A stretch of 64,000 bases of DNA from an uncultured Methanolobus sp. (GCA_963675495.1 OY776215.1:736001-800000); one strand, 5' to 3'; shown: positions 53,633-64,000, numbered from the stretch's first letter. Translations and numbers: made by a program. The notes: generated from the letters alone by a model not told the origin.

Positions 53633-53665
53633 ACTCATGCAGGAGTTAGAATCCCTTCTCCCGCA
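53633..53665 (+). pseudogene. Degenerate 3' half of a tRNA-Leu
   Basis: CTCATGCAGGAGTT-AGAATCCCTTCTCCCGCA: variable arm, partial T-arm and acceptor strand. Confidence 0.65.
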
Positions 53666-53687
53666 CACACATCAAAGGTGATCTTTT

Positions 53688-54527
53688 TTGTCAAATCCAA
53701 TAGAACGTGATACCGTTGTATCAGCCATTGTTGATATTTTAAGAGAGGCAGAGACCGTGCTGCCACAGGACGTTGTAGATTCGCTTCAGAAGGCTGCATC
53801 GGAAGAAACATCCCCTGTTGCAAAGGAGCAACTTGAAGCTATCCTTAAGAATATAGAGATAGCGAGAACCAGAGGAGTTCCCATGTGTCAGGACACAGGC
53901 ATACTCATCTTTTTTGTAGAACTTGGACGCAAAGCCTTGTTTGATTTCAGTCTGGAAGACGCCATACTCGAAGGTGCGAAGAAAGCAACCGAATCAATTC
54001 CACTGCGCCCGAATGCTGTAGACCCGATAACTCGTGGAAATAGCGGAGATAACAGCGGAATGGGTATCCCTGATATAAAATACGAACTGGTTGAAGGAGA
54101 CAGCATCAAAATCACTGTTGCCCCAAAGGGGGCAGGTTCTGAGAATATGAGTGCTATCAAAATGCTCAATCCAACTGAAAAGGACAGGATACGCAATTTT
54201 GTCCTTGAGACTGTGCTAAACGCAGGTGGCAAACCATGTCCCCCAATAATCGTTGGCGTAGGTATTGGCGGCTCCTTTGACAAATCTGCAAGGCTTGCAA
54301 AATCCGCCCTGCTTAGAAATGTTGACGACATGGATGAAGAAGAGCGAAGTTTGCTTGAGGACATCAACTCCCTTGGGATCGGACCCATGGGACTTGGTGG
54401 AAAGACAACAGCCCTCGCAGTACACATGAAAAAAGCTCATTGTCATACAGCATCCCTGCCTGTGGCTGTGAATATCCAATGCTGGGCCAATCGCCATGCT
54501 TCAGTCACCCTGGGCGGTGATGAGTAA
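53688..54527 (+). CDS. Fe-S hydro-lyase, fumarate hydratase alpha subunit
   Basis: PMCQDTG, LRPNAV, KGAGSEN, GKPCPP, CWANR. Confidence 0.93.
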   Translation: MSNPIERDTVVSAIVDILREAETVLPQDVVDSLQKAASEETSPVAKEQLEAILKNIEIARTRGVPMCQDTGILIFFVELGRKALFDFSLEDAILEGAKKATESIPLRPNAVDPITRGNSGDNSGMGIPDIKYELVEGDSIKITVAPKGAGSENMSAIKMLNPTEKDRIRNFVLETVLNAGGKPCPPIIVGVGIGGSFDKSARLAKSALLRNVDDMDEEERSLLEDINSLGIGPMGLGGKTTALAVHMKKAHCHTASLPVAVNIQCWANRHASVTLGGDE

Positions 54528-55102
54528 TGGAATACAAACTTACCACACCATTGAAAAAAGAAGATATCAGCCAGCTCAATGCCGGTGATGTTGTTTACCT
54601 GAGCGGGACCATATTTACAGCCAGGGATGAAGCTCATGCCAGAGTCCTGGAAATGGCAGAAGAAAAAAAAGCGCTGCCTTTTGACCTTGAAGGTGCTGTG
54701 ATCTATCACTGCGGACCCCTCATGAAAGAAAATGAAGATAACTGGGAAGTCGTTGCTGCTGGGCCCACCACAAGTGCCCGCATGTCAAAGATGACACCAA
54801 AACTCCTCGATATACATGAAGTTCGTGCCTTTGTGGGAAAAGGCGGAATGGACAACGTAAAAGAAGCCATGGAGAACAAGGCTGTCTATCTTGCTTTCAC
54901 AGGCGGATGTGCGGCATTGGCCGCCATTAGCATCGAAAAAGTAATCAAGGTCCATTGGCTGGACTTAGGGATGCCGGAAGCTGTATGGGAACTACATGTA
55001 GAGGATTTCGGACCTCTGGTTGTTGGGATAGACTCACACAACAATGACATGTTCCTGGAAATTAGTAAAAAAGCAAAGGCGGCTTATTCTAAAATTGAAT
55101 AA
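54527..55102 (+). CDS. Fe-S hydro-lyase, fumarate hydratase beta subunit
   Basis: [31 protein letters not shown]. Confidence 0.93.
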   Translation: MEYKLTTPLKKEDISQLNAGDVVYLSGTIFTARDEAHARVLEMAEEKKALPFDLEGAVIYHCGPLMKENEDNWEVVAAGPTTSARMSKMTPKLLDIHEVRAFVGKGGMDNVKEAMENKAVYLAFTGGCAALAAISIEKVIKVHWLDLGMPEAVWELHVEDFGPLVVGIDSHNNDMFLEISKKAKAAYSKIE

Positions 55103-55120
55103 GCCATACTATTTTTATTT

Positions 55121-56110
55121 TCAGATCAGGAAAGTGAACACGAACCATGCTATCAGTGTCAATATGATAGAGTGTTTTAAACCAAGTGACACTGAACCTT
55201 CTCCCATCTGTCCTGCCACCAGTCCGCTCATGAAGCCCTGAATGACAGATGCATGTAACATCAGACGGGTGTACGCTGCCGGATCAAAAGCTCCAACGAA
55301 AGTGCTTCCTGCACCGGCTGCGGATGCAGCTTTGCCCGCTTCTGCCATAGTTGGTACGAATGTAGCAGTAAGCATGGCTATTACAAAAATGAAAACGAAG
55401 AATGACATGTAAGTGATGACCACGTACACCATCATGTTACCGCGTCTTTCACGCTCAAGCATTTTAACTTCCTTTGCATCACGGGCAGCAGCTTCAAGAA
55501 CTGAAGACACACGACCTCCAGCCGTGCTTGCCTGAGTGATAAGGGAGACTGACCTTACAATGATAGGAGTTGATATCCTTACTGCGAAACTTCTTAGTGA
55601 ATCTTCGAAAGATACACCCCAGGACATTGCAGAATCCATGCCCTGAACCTCCTTGGTCAGAGCACCATATTCACCCTTGGCAATTGTATTGACAGCATTT
55701 GGAAGAGTTAATCCTGCCCTGCTCATTTCAGATACATCCCTCAGAAATGTGGGAAGGTACTCCTCAATTGTGCTGGTCCTTTTGTATTTTTTATGAAAGG
55801 CAATGGAAGGAGGTGTTATTGCTATGAGAACTGTGAAAATGATAACGTCATCTATTATTGGCGTCCCCCAGGTAGCGGCCATTCCAATTGCAAAAAATAC
55901 CACAGCGATGGGGATACTCATGACAAATGTATATTCAGGATTAATGCTAAGTGTTTTGAGAGGATCCTTGAAGAAGTCTTTTACAAGCACATTTCTTGTT
56001 GCTTCTTCCATCTTTTCATCTATAAGACCATCTTCAAGTATGGATAGTTCTTCCTCTGTAAGCAATTCTTTAGAACCCAATTTCCGTTGGAAACTATCAA
56101 GTATTTTCAT
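55121..56110 (-). CDS. Type II secretion F-family membrane platform protein (TadC/ArlJ-like)
   Basis: IEEYLPTFLRD...AGLTL...YGAL, GG.V..VL, terminal TMs with GLKH. Confidence 0.88.
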   Translation of the reverse strand: MKILDSFQRKLGSKELLTEEELSILEDGLIDEKMEEATRNVLVKDFFKDPLKTLSINPEYTFVMSIPIAVVFFAIGMAATWGTPIIDDVIIFTVLIAITPPSIAFHKKYKRTSTIEEYLPTFLRDVSEMSRAGLTLPNAVNTIAKGEYGALTKEVQGMDSAMSWGVSFEDSLRSFAVRISTPIIVRSVSLITQASTAGGRVSSVLEAAARDAKEVKMLERERRGNMMVYVVITYMSFFVFIFVIAMLTATFVPTMAEAGKAASAAGAGSTFVGAFDPAAYTRLMLHASVIQGFMSGLVAGQMGEGSVSLGLKHSIILTLIAWFVFTFLI

Positions 56111-56111
56111 T

Positions 56112-57035
56112 TTATGCCTCCGGAGTAAGCATACTGATAACCACAACGTACATTATGCTGCCAATTGGTATCAATGCGTAAATTATGAGATAAAGGTAGA
56201 TCATCTGTGCATTTCCCATAATAGACATGATGGATATGACCACCACAAGGAAAAGCGGACCTGCAACAAAAGCCGTTACATAGGTCTCACCCATAAGACC
56301 CAATGTCTCAAGGAATTCTTTCTGACTCTGGCGGTTTTCCATGATATACTGATCTGTCTTTATACGGAAATATGACTCCAATTGACCTCCTGAAGTCACA
56401 ACCGTAATTGCACCCTGCAGGAAGTCCTGCAACGCATTGGATGGAGTTGTGACTGCAAGATTCTTCATCGCACTAACCAGGTCATGACCAAGGATCTCAA
56501 GATCACGTACCAGATAGCGGCATTCAACAGACATCTCGCCATAGATATCATTAGTTGCAAGTGATCTGAAAAGATCAACGGGAAGTACACCTGCACCCGA
56601 CATTGCTGACATATAGTTCACAGCATACGGAAGCATGCTGTCAATCCTTCTTTTACGGTCGCCTGCCATTAAGGAAGGATATATCTGGAACAATTTGTAA
56701 ACAATTATAAACACTGTAGCAGTGAAAATTGCCCCAAATACCAGTCCAAGTACAACAGACTTATATTGCAGAAATGGTGCAACCCATCCGGGAAACATAA
56801 TTCGTGTAGCCTTTATTTCGGGAACTCCAAATACCAGCAAAAGTAAAGAAACACCAATAAGAGAGAGAAATGCACTAATTATAGAACTCAATAGTGCACA
56901 GGACATGTAGACATCATAAGCCATATCCATCCTGTTTCGCAGAAGGCTATGACGAAGGCCAAAGAAATCAAGTCTTTTCTTTTCGTAGTATTTGCCGAAA
57001 AGATTGTAAGCCAAAACCGAATATAAATTAACCAT
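56112..57035 (-). CDS. Type II secretion F-family membrane platform protein (TadB/C-like)
   Basis: IDSMLPYAVNYMSAMSGAG, TTPS..LQDFL, ETYVTAFVAGPLF. Confidence 0.88.
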   Translation of the reverse strand: MVNLYSVLAYNLFGKYYEKKRLDFFGLRHSLLRNRMDMAYDVYMSCALLSSIISAFLSLIGVSLLLLVFGVPEIKATRIMFPGWVAPFLQYKSVVLGLVFGAIFTATVFIIVYKLFQIYPSLMAGDRKRRIDSMLPYAVNYMSAMSGAGVLPVDLFRSLATNDIYGEMSVECRYLVRDLEILGHDLVSAMKNLAVTTPSNALQDFLQGAITVVTSGGQLESYFRIKTDQYIMENRQSQKEFLETLGLMGETYVTAFVAGPLFLVVVISIMSIMGNAQMIYLYLIIYALIPIGSIMYVVVISMLTPEA

Positions 57036-59139
57036 CCAATTCCTGCCTTACGATTTTCATTATCATTTCCGGCTCACGGTTATAAGCTACCACTATCTTG
57101 GCAAAATCCTTGAAGTTTGAGATCTTTTTATTGCGTGCCCATTCCAGGATGTTTTGCCGTTGTTTTAACTCATCACGAACCTTTTCTTCAGTCCAACCCC
57201 GGCTTTCCATTACACCTTCGACAACATACGATCTGCCAGAATATTGGAACATATCTCTTGCAGCATCCCAGACAAAAACATCATTTGTGAGAAGTTCACC
57301 TGTTCGGGGGTCCACACCTACGATCTCTGTAAGTGATTTACAACGCCTTACACGTTCACCGCCAACCTTGACCTGTACCTGAATTGCCACAAGATCAAGA
57401 GCCTGTATCATAATCCTTGGCACGTTGATAGGAGGATTCTCCAGCCTGTGTACCACAGATTGTACAGAGTCAGCATGCATTGTTGAGAATGTAGTGTGAC
57501 CTGTGGACATTGCCTGGAAAAGTACATATGCTTCAGCACCTCGAACCTCACCCACAATAATATATTCAGGTCTCTGTCTCAAAGACGCCCTTAGAAGCTC
57601 ATACATCTCAATGGAACCTTTGTCCTCACCGGAAAATGCCTGTCTGGTAACTCCGGGAATCCAGTTCGGATGTGAGAGATTCAACTCCCTTGTATCCTCA
57701 ATGGAAACTATTTTCATTTCCGGCTGGATGAAAAGTGAAACTGCATTCATTGCAGTGGTCTTACCGGATGCCGTTCCTCCGGCAAATATCAGACTTTTAT
57801 TTGACTCTACAGACAACCACAGGTAAGCCATCATTGCAGTTGAAAATGTGTGGAAATCAACAAGATTTGTAGGACTTATCGGATTGTCTTTGAATCGCCT
57901 TATGGTGAAAGTACTACCACGGGTAGTGATCTCCCTGCCCAGCGTCATCTGGATACGTGAACCATCAGGCATAGTAGCATCAAGTATTGGTCTTGCGATC
58001 GATATATGCCTGCCACATATCTGAGCGATCCTGATAGCAAAAGAATCCAGCACCACATCTGAAGGGAACTCTATGTTTGATGGTATTGAATTGTACTCCT
58101 TGTGATAAATGTAGATAGGAGTATTCGGACCATCACAGGAAATATCTTCCAGGTACTCATCCCTCATCAGTACATCGATCTCACCATAACCTACGAAGTC
58201 ACGAATAATATGATAGATTATCCTCTCTCTTTTTCGTGGTGAGATATTTATACGATATTCCTGCAGATATTTTACAACGTTTTCTTTAAGAAATCCCTCT
58301 GCATTCTTTCGGGATATCTCTTTTAGATTTACATCAAGGGTTTCAACGAACTTCAGTTTGATAGCTTCCAGGAGTTCCTGCTCTTTTTCAGTCAGAACCG
58401 CCTCGATAGCCTGGTATTGATACTCATGAGATTCAGGGTCATATGCAATCCTTACATACCCATACAGAGGATTTACCTCGTATAGCTCTACTTCCTTGAA
58501 AGGACTGTCAGCAGGAATCGTGAGATCTACTATGGGCCCATGTTCTACGATATTATAAGGCTCCATTAAAAGAGTGTTACGAGAAAATAGTTTAGTGGCA
58601 CGATCCAGCAGTGAACCGGTTTCTTCATCGTCTAAAAATAATTCTTCATCTATGGGCTCTTCTTTGTAGATCTCTGAAATGATATTTTTCCAGAATGAAT
58701 CCTTGTCATAAGGAACATCATCTTCATAAGAAGGAATATAAAAATCTTCAAGCTTGCTTTTCAGACTATCTATACTCACAGGCTCTGAATCCGGCAAGAT
58801 CAGTTCTGCAAGTTCATCGATAACATCATCCTCATCCGCAGACATCAAAGCCACTAAAAGATCTTCTTCATCATCTGTGTCTTCAATATCCTGATGTTCT
58901 ATTTCGTCCTCTGCAATAGGCACATCATTTTCTTCAATGAGATGCTTCGCAGGAAATACTTGATCCATGTCTTCAAATGCGGCTTCAGCTGAGACTTTAG
59001 AGTTTAATAAAGAGTCTTCTTTTCTTTCAGAAGCAGATTCAGAATATTCAACCCTCATCGCCTCAATTGGAAGACCGCTTGTATCGTCCTTGTCTTCAGT
59101 TTGGTCACCTGAAATATTACTCAATATTACCAACCCCAA
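57028..59139 (-). CDS. Type II/IV secretion (TadA/ArlI-like) ATPase with acidic N-terminal extension
   Basis: GGTASGKTT, SIEDTREL, LRQRPEYIIVGEVRG, TGH..STMHA. Confidence 0.93.
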   Translation of the reverse strand: MGLVILSNISGDQTEDKDDTSGLPIEAMRVEYSESASERKEDSLLNSKVSAEAAFEDMDQVFPAKHLIEENDVPIAEDEIEHQDIEDTDDEEDLLVALMSADEDDVIDELAELILPDSEPVSIDSLKSKLEDFYIPSYEDDVPYDKDSFWKNIISEIYKEEPIDEELFLDDEETGSLLDRATKLFSRNTLLMEPYNIVEHGPIVDLTIPADSPFKEVELYEVNPLYGYVRIAYDPESHEYQYQAIEAVLTEKEQELLEAIKLKFVETLDVNLKEISRKNAEGFLKENVVKYLQEYRINISPRKRERIIYHIIRDFVGYGEIDVLMRDEYLEDISCDGPNTPIYIYHKEYNSIPSNIEFPSDVVLDSFAIRIAQICGRHISIARPILDATMPDGSRIQMTLGREITTRGSTFTIRRFKDNPISPTNLVDFHTFSTAMMAYLWLSVESNKSLIFAGGTASGKTTAMNAVSLFIQPEMKIVSIEDTRELNLSHPNWIPGVTRQAFSGEDKGSIEMYELLRASLRQRPEYIIVGEVRGAEAYVLFQAMSTGHTTFSTMHADSVQSVVHRLENPPINVPRIMIQALDLVAIQVQVKVGGERVRRCKSLTEIVGVDPRTGELLTNDVFVWDAARDMFQYSGRSYVVEGVMESRGWTEEKVRDELKQRQNILEWARNKKISNFKDFAKIVVAYNREPEMIMKIVRQELDG

Positions 59140-59209
59140 TACTACTGGCCATTTTATTATCTTCCAAATTGATTTTTTAAGGCATTTTTGTCTTCAATTA
59201 ATCGAAAAC

Positions 59210-60004
59210 TCATTTCTTATTTTTTGACAATGAGAATCTCTTGCCCTTCTTTTTCTTTTCCTTAACTTCTTTTGAAATATCCTCGACCGAAGATTTTATG
59301 CCTGCGATCTCTGCTGCCTGCCGGTTGAAACCAACAGCTGCTGGTGAACCAGGGTATTTCATAACAACTGGTGCTTTAAAAGCCAGAGAATTCTTCACGC
59401 TATTCTCTTCAACTATTGTTTCCAGTATCCTGAGGCCGAGGCTAGTTTCTATCCTTTCATTGCTCAATTCATTTTGAGTGACGCCCGACCTGTTAATGAT
59501 GACTCCACGGAACTGTTTTCCCATGTTGTCAGAAATTGTTTTTATTTTCATTGCACCTGCAAGAGAGATGATATCAGGGTTTACGACCTGAATGATCTCA
59601 TCTGCAAGTGATATGGACAAAATTGAATTTTTGTTGATACCAGTTGGAGAATCAATGATAATGTAATCATACTTTTCTTTCACATCATTTACGATCTCAC
59701 TGATAACATCAGTATTTGAATTTAGAAAACTATGAAGAGAAATGCTCCCTGGTAAGACCCGCAGATTATTAGGCCCGTCATATATTGCGTCTTTTAACTC
59801 CGCAGTCCCAGCAAGAACATCATGAAGACTTGCTTTTGAAGCTTCGATTCCCAACATCAGCCCAATCGTGGGCATTCCAATGTCAGTATCTATTAATAGA
59901 GTATTTTTTGCGAATCCTGCAAGTGCAGCACTGAGATTTATAGCAGCTGTAGTTGTGCCAACACCACCCTTCCCTGAAACAATAGTAAAAATTGTTGCTG
60001 TCAT
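59210..60004 (-). CDS. MinD/ParA-family protein with deviant P-loop
   Basis: SGKGGVGTTT, LIDTD, YDYIIIDSPTG, INR; Lys-rich tail. Confidence 0.88.
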   Translation of the reverse strand: MTATIFTIVSGKGGVGTTTAAINLSAALAGFAKNTLLIDTDIGMPTIGLMLGIEASKASLHDVLAGTAELKDAIYDGPNNLRVLPGSISLHSFLNSNTDVISEIVNDVKEKYDYIIIDSPTGINKNSILSISLADEIIQVVNPDIISLAGAMKIKTISDNMGKQFRGVIINRSGVTQNELSNERIETSLGLRILETIVEENSVKNSLAFKAPVVMKYPGSPAAVGFNRQAAEIAGIKSSVEDISKEVKEKKKKGKRFSLSKNKK

Positions 60005-60190
60005 AAAATGCCTCGATTGATGATTACAATATGAAGTGTTCCCTTTTCATTTGATGATCCGGTAATTAGTCTCACATAAGTATATTCAAGACTTAATACA
60101 ACTTATAAATATAAATACATATCTATATTATTTGGTGTTTGATATAGATAAACGAATTATTGATATACGATCAGACAGCATCATACACAT

Positions 60191-60712
60191 ATGGCACCTG
60201 ATGACGAAAAAGACATTAAGCTTTTTTTATATCATGCAAAACAATGTGACCCAAAAAAATGCACCGGTAAGAAAATGGCAAAATTCGGACTTGTGAACCT
60301 TTCTGAGAAAATAGAAAGGATACCTTCAAGGTCCATATTGCTTGACCCCATGGCTGAAAAAGCTCTTTCCCCCGGGGACAGTACTAAAAAAGGTATAACT
60401 GTTCTTGATTGTTCATGGGAAGAGGTTGAAAGGGTATTCCCACAACTATTAAGAATGAGACTAGAACACCGTGCACTCCCATACCTTGTGGCCGCAAATC
60501 CTGTGAATTTTGGCCGGCCTTTCAAACTCACATCCGTAGAAGCATTTGCTGCTGCACTATACATACTTGGAAATAAACAGCAGGCAGAGAAAGTCATGTC
60601 CAAGTTCAACTGGGGCCACACTTTTCTCGAACTCAACCACGAACCTCTGGAAGAATACTCAGAAGCCAAAGATAGCAAGGATATTTTAAGGATACAAAGT
60701 GAATATATGTAA
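60191..60712 (+). CDS. tsr3: 16S rRNA aminocarboxypropyltransferase Tsr3 (DUF367)
   Basis: [41 protein letters not shown]. Confidence 0.93.
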   Translation: MAPDDEKDIKLFLYHAKQCDPKKCTGKKMAKFGLVNLSEKIERIPSRSILLDPMAEKALSPGDSTKKGITVLDCSWEEVERVFPQLLRMRLEHRALPYLVAANPVNFGRPFKLTSVEAFAAALYILGNKQQAEKVMSKFNWGHTFLELNHEPLEEYSEAKDSKDILRIQSEYM

Positions 60713-60748
60713 ATTCACGAGTGTATTAATAAAAGGATGTAACAAAAA

Positions 60749-61198
60749 ATGATACAAATAGGAGTCATTGGTGCCGGCTCATGTGATGATGCCCTGAGAA
60801 CAACAGCCGAAGAAGTCGGAATTGAAATTGCAAGAAACAATGCAATACTACTTTGTGGCGGACATGGCGGAGTAATGGAAGCATCAGCATCTGGTGCTAA
60901 AAGAGAAGGTGGGACTACTATTGGCATTCTCCCCGGAGACAGTCGCGTAACTGCGAATGCTTACATTGACATCGCAATCGTGACTGGTATGGGACATGCA
61001 AGAAATGTAGTAATAGCACGATCTGCCGATGTATTGATAGCCGTTGGAGGAGAGTATGGTACACTCTCCGAGATAGCGCATTCGCTTAAAATGGGGAAAA
61101 CTGTGATCACGCTTGAATCTAAATGGGAAATAGAAGGTACTGTTAAAGCAAAAGATGCTAAAGATGCCGTCAGGATGGCAATTGACAGCATCAAATAA
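60749..61198 (+). CDS. TIGR00725 / LOG-like Rossmann protein
   Basis: CGGHGGVMEA, GMGHARN, GGEYGTLSEI. Confidence 0.9.
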   Translation: MIQIGVIGAGSCDDALRTTAEEVGIEIARNNAILLCGGHGGVMEASASGAKREGGTTIGILPGDSRVTANAYIDIAIVTGMGHARNVVIARSADVLIAVGGEYGTLSEIAHSLKMGKTVITLESKWEIEGTVKAKDAKDAVRMAIDSIK

Positions 61199-61244
61199 GG
61201 GATTTTCTTATTAGATCCGGAATAAATCAAATTATAGTCTTATG

Positions 61245-62018
61245 TTATAACTCGAGGTCAACACCTATAGGACAATGATCAGAACCCATAACATCAGGCA
61301 AAATGAATGCGTCTTTTATCTGATCTTTGATGTTTTCACTTGCAAAGAAGTAATCAATTCTCCAACCAACGTTTCTTTCTCTTGCCCTTGTCCGCATGCT
61401 CCACCAGGTATAATTATCTGGCTCAGTATTATACATCCTCAGAGTGTCCACATAACCCTTCTCCAGGAGTTTATCGATCCAGGCACGCTCTGACGGCAAG
61501 AAACCTGAGACCTTCTCGTTGTCTTTTGGACGGGCCAGGTCAATCTCCTTGTGGGCAGTATTAACATCGCCACATATTATGAGTTTCTTACCTCTGGATT
61601 TGAGCATATTGGCATATTCAAGAAAAGCATCATAGAACTCCATTTTATAGGCAAGTCTTTCAGCAGATGCTTTGCCATTAGGGAAATATATGTTGAAGAG
61701 AACGAACTCACCGTAATCAGCGATCTGGACGCGACCCTCACTATCAAATTTCTCTATACCAAATCCACATTTGATGTCAATTGGTTCTTTTTTAGTGTAG
61801 AGTGCCACTCCACTGTAACCTTTTTTCTCGGCAGAAGCAAAATAATTATAGTAGCCATCGATTTCAAGCATCTCGGAGGGAAGTTGTTCCCGGCGGGCTT
61901 TTGTTTCCTGAATACAGAGTATATCAGGTTTTTCTTCATTGAACCAGTCAAGAAAACCTTTTTTGTGAACTGCCCTGATGCCATTAACATTCCATGAAAT
62001 TATCCTGGTATTGGTCAT
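61245..62018 (-). CDS. xth: Exodeoxyribonuclease III (AP endonuclease)
   Basis: [33 protein letters not shown]. Confidence 0.96.
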   Translation of the reverse strand: MTNTRIISWNVNGIRAVHKKGFLDWFNEEKPDILCIQETKARREQLPSEMLEIDGYYNYFASAEKKGYSGVALYTKKEPIDIKCGFGIEKFDSEGRVQIADYGEFVLFNIYFPNGKASAERLAYKMEFYDAFLEYANMLKSRGKKLIICGDVNTAHKEIDLARPKDNEKVSGFLPSERAWIDKLLEKGYVDTLRMYNTEPDNYTWWSMRTRARERNVGWRIDYFFASENIKDQIKDAFILPDVMGSDHCPIGVDLEL

Positions 62019-62164
62019 TTTGTGTCTCCGGAATTCTTGTTGACTATTTGATAACTTATCTATTAAGTATCTTGCTTAATAGATTGCTTTTTTCTTGTCC
62101 CAGTGATTTTTCATTTTAACATCTGAACAAAACAATATATAGTTCTAAATAGGTCTCAATACTA

Positions 62165-62200
62165 AACAAGAATAATGTTTAAATAATAATAATTCTTATT
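62165..62200 (+). promoter_or_regulatory. Putative Fur/PerR operator overlapping TATA box
   Basis: AACAAGAAT...ATTCTTATT inverted repeat around TTTAAATA; TAATAATAATTCTTA resembles a Per box. Confidence 0.45.
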
Positions 62201-62259
62201 TAGGATGTGTTCTTACATGGATTGTGTTAGAGCAGGAAAAACAAAAAAGTGGGACCAAA

Positions 62260-62655
62260 ATGAAAAAAGCAGACATCAAGTACACAAACCAGCGAATCGA
62301 GATATTGGATTTTCTCAAAGAATTTGATGGTCATCCTACTGTCGATGATGTCTATGAGGGAGTAAGACAAAAACTAACGCGGATCAGCAAAGCTACAGTT
62401 TACAATAATCTAAAATTCTTGGCTGAAAAGGGCCTGATCAAGGAGGTGAACATTAAGGGGGTTTCGAGGTTTGAATCCAATCTGGTACCTCACCACCACA
62501 AAATATGCATAGAGTGCGGAGAAATAACAGACTACGAATCGGAAGAACTTAGCGATTACGCTATGATCATAGCAAAAAAAATAGATGACTTTAAAGTAGA
62601 ATCAGCAGAAACTAACTTTTACGGAATATGCAAGAAATGTATGGAGATGGAGTAA
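62260..62655 (+). CDS. Fur/PerR family regulator
   Basis: TNQR..IL, HPTVDDVY, ISKATVYNNL, HHHKICIECG, GICKKC. Confidence 0.92.
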   Translation: MKKADIKYTNQRIEILDFLKEFDGHPTVDDVYEGVRQKLTRISKATVYNNLKFLAEKGLIKEVNIKGVSRFESNLVPHHHKICIECGEITDYESEELSDYAMIIAKKIDDFKVESAETNFYGICKKCMEME

Positions 62656-62656
62656 T

Positions 62657-63331
62657 ATGGAAGAAGAAATAGTGACAATGCCACTTATAGGCGATGATGC
62701 ACCGTCATTTAAAGCAAAAACAACAATGGGAGAAATCAATTTTCCAAAAGACTACAAGGGAAAATGGGTAATCCTTTTCAGTCATCCTGCTGATTTTACC
62801 CCAGTGTGTACAACTGAGTTCATGACCTTTGCAACGATGCAGGAAGAATTCAGAGAATTAAATACAGAACTTATCGGACTTTCTATTGACAGTATATATG
62901 CACACATTGCATGGCTGCGGACCATCAAAGAAAAGATCGTGTACAAGGGAATGAAAGATATTGAAGTTAATTTCCCTGTCATTGAAGATCTTAAGATGGA
63001 TGTTGCAAAGAAGTTTGGAATGGTGCAGCCAAATGCATCAGACACCCAGGCAGTAAGAGCAGTGTTCATGATGGATCCAAAAGCAAAGGTAAGGGCAATA
63101 CTGTACTACCCACTTTCTAATGGTAGGAATATGGATGAGATCAAAAGGATCATTCTTGCAATGCAGAAATCCGATGCAGAAAATATCGCAACCCCTGCAA
63201 ACTGGCAGCCAGGCGATGATGTGATCATTCCACCACCAGGATCATGCGGAACTGCAAAGGAAAGAGTCGAGACCGAAGAAGAAGGTAAGTACTGCCTTGA
63301 CTGGTTCATGTGCCTAAGGAAACAGTCTTAA
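62657..63331 (+). CDS. Peroxiredoxin (Prx6/archaeal type)
   Basis: HPADFTPVCTTE, TPANW, C-terminal CLDWFMC. Confidence 0.95.
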   Translation: MEEEIVTMPLIGDDAPSFKAKTTMGEINFPKDYKGKWVILFSHPADFTPVCTTEFMTFATMQEEFRELNTELIGLSIDSIYAHIAWLRTIKEKIVYKGMKDIEVNFPVIEDLKMDVAKKFGMVQPNASDTQAVRAVFMMDPKAKVRAILYYPLSNGRNMDEIKRIILAMQKSDAENIATPANWQPGDDVIIPPPGSCGTAKERVETEEEGKYCLDWFMCLRKQS

Positions 63332-63366
63332 ATAGATTAGCAAACTAATACATAGAGGTGACCATT

Positions 63367-63870
63367 ATGGGAACAAAAGGCGTGGAAATTTTAGAGAATT
63401 TAGGACTGGACATAGCAGACCTGATAGAATCATTAAACAAAGCACTGGCCGATGAATGGCTTGCATACTACCAGTATTGGGTAGGATCAAAGATCGTCAA
63501 AGGCCCTATGAGAGAAGCTGCTGCTGCAGAACTCATAGAACATGCAACTGATGAGCTCAGGCACGCAGATATGCTTTCCAGCAGAATCTTGCAACTTGGA
63601 GGAACACCTGTACTCGCTCCGGAAGAATGGATGAAAATAGGTAACTGCGGATACGAATCACCTGAAGATCCATTTGTAAAAAGAATCCTGGAACAGAACA
63701 TAAAAGGAGAACAATGTGCAATTCAGGTCTATAATTCAATACTTGCTAAAGTAAAAGATAAAGACCCTGTCACATACGAAATAGTTCTTCAGATCCTCAC
63801 CGACGAGATCGAGCATGAGGACGACCTTCAGGCCGTTCTTGAGGATATTGAACTTATCCAGAAAGAATAA
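63367..63870 (+). CDS. DPS-like (DPSL) ferritin-superfamily protein
   Basis: ALADEWLAYYQYW, DELRH, EQCAI, DEIEHE di-iron ligands plus Cys pair. Confidence 0.88.
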   Translation: MGTKGVEILENLGLDIADLIESLNKALADEWLAYYQYWVGSKIVKGPMREAAAAELIEHATDELRHADMLSSRILQLGGTPVLAPEEWMKIGNCGYESPEDPFVKRILEQNIKGEQCAIQVYNSILAKVKDKDPVTYEIVLQILTDEIEHEDDLQAVLEDIELIQKE

Positions 63871-63888
63871 ACTTTCAAAGTAAACAGT

Positions 63889-63939
63889 TTGCATCCTCCT
63901 GACATGTACCAGATGCCAAGAAGGATGCAACTATTTTTT
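63889..63939 (+). terminator. Long hairpin plus T-tract after the oxidative-stress operon
   Basis: TTGCATCCT...AGGATGCAA then ctatttttt. Confidence 0.6.
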
Positions 63940-64000
63940 GCTTCATTCTATATTCAAATTGTAGCGTGATTTTTTGAATAAAACTCATACTGGCAAGACT

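Noticed and set aside
1-64000. CRISPR array, rRNA genes, intact transposase or integrase
   Set aside because: No regularly spaced repeats with unique spacers, no rRNA-like sequence and no recognisable transposase, integrase or cas1 ORF were seen

Overview
Chromosomal segment of a methylotrophic methanogen of the Methanosarcinaceae. It looks Methanolobus/Methanococcoides-like, but the genus is inferred from gene content and cannot be confirmed here. The core loci are the mcrBDCGA operon with divergent mmp10, PolD large subunit, DNA ligase, lonB-tldD-tldE, hom with its ACT regulator, aroA, htpX, a two-subunit fumarate hydratase, a Tad/type IV pilus-like cluster, tsr3, xth, a Fur/PerR-peroxiredoxin-DPSL operon, and four tRNAs (Val, Phe, Gly, Leu). 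Highlights not evident from the ORF track: (1) a decayed casposon-like element at tRNA-Leu(CAA), with a GGGATATAG terminal repeat, an HNH gene, an unknown 419-aa cargo gene and a PolB C-terminal fragment, bracketed by two halves of a second, degenerate tRNA-Leu; (2) a membrane-anchored winged-helix regulator divergent from three uncharacterised exported acidic/Cys-rich proteins, a candidate archaeal one-component envelope/metal-response system; (3) two orphan hydantoinase-A-type ATPase paralogues with a conserved promoter just downstream of mcr; (4) a long stem-loop filling the mcrB 5' leader; (5) several proteins missing key catalytic or ligand residues and three unannotated gene relics. All protein family calls come from motif recognition, not database searches.
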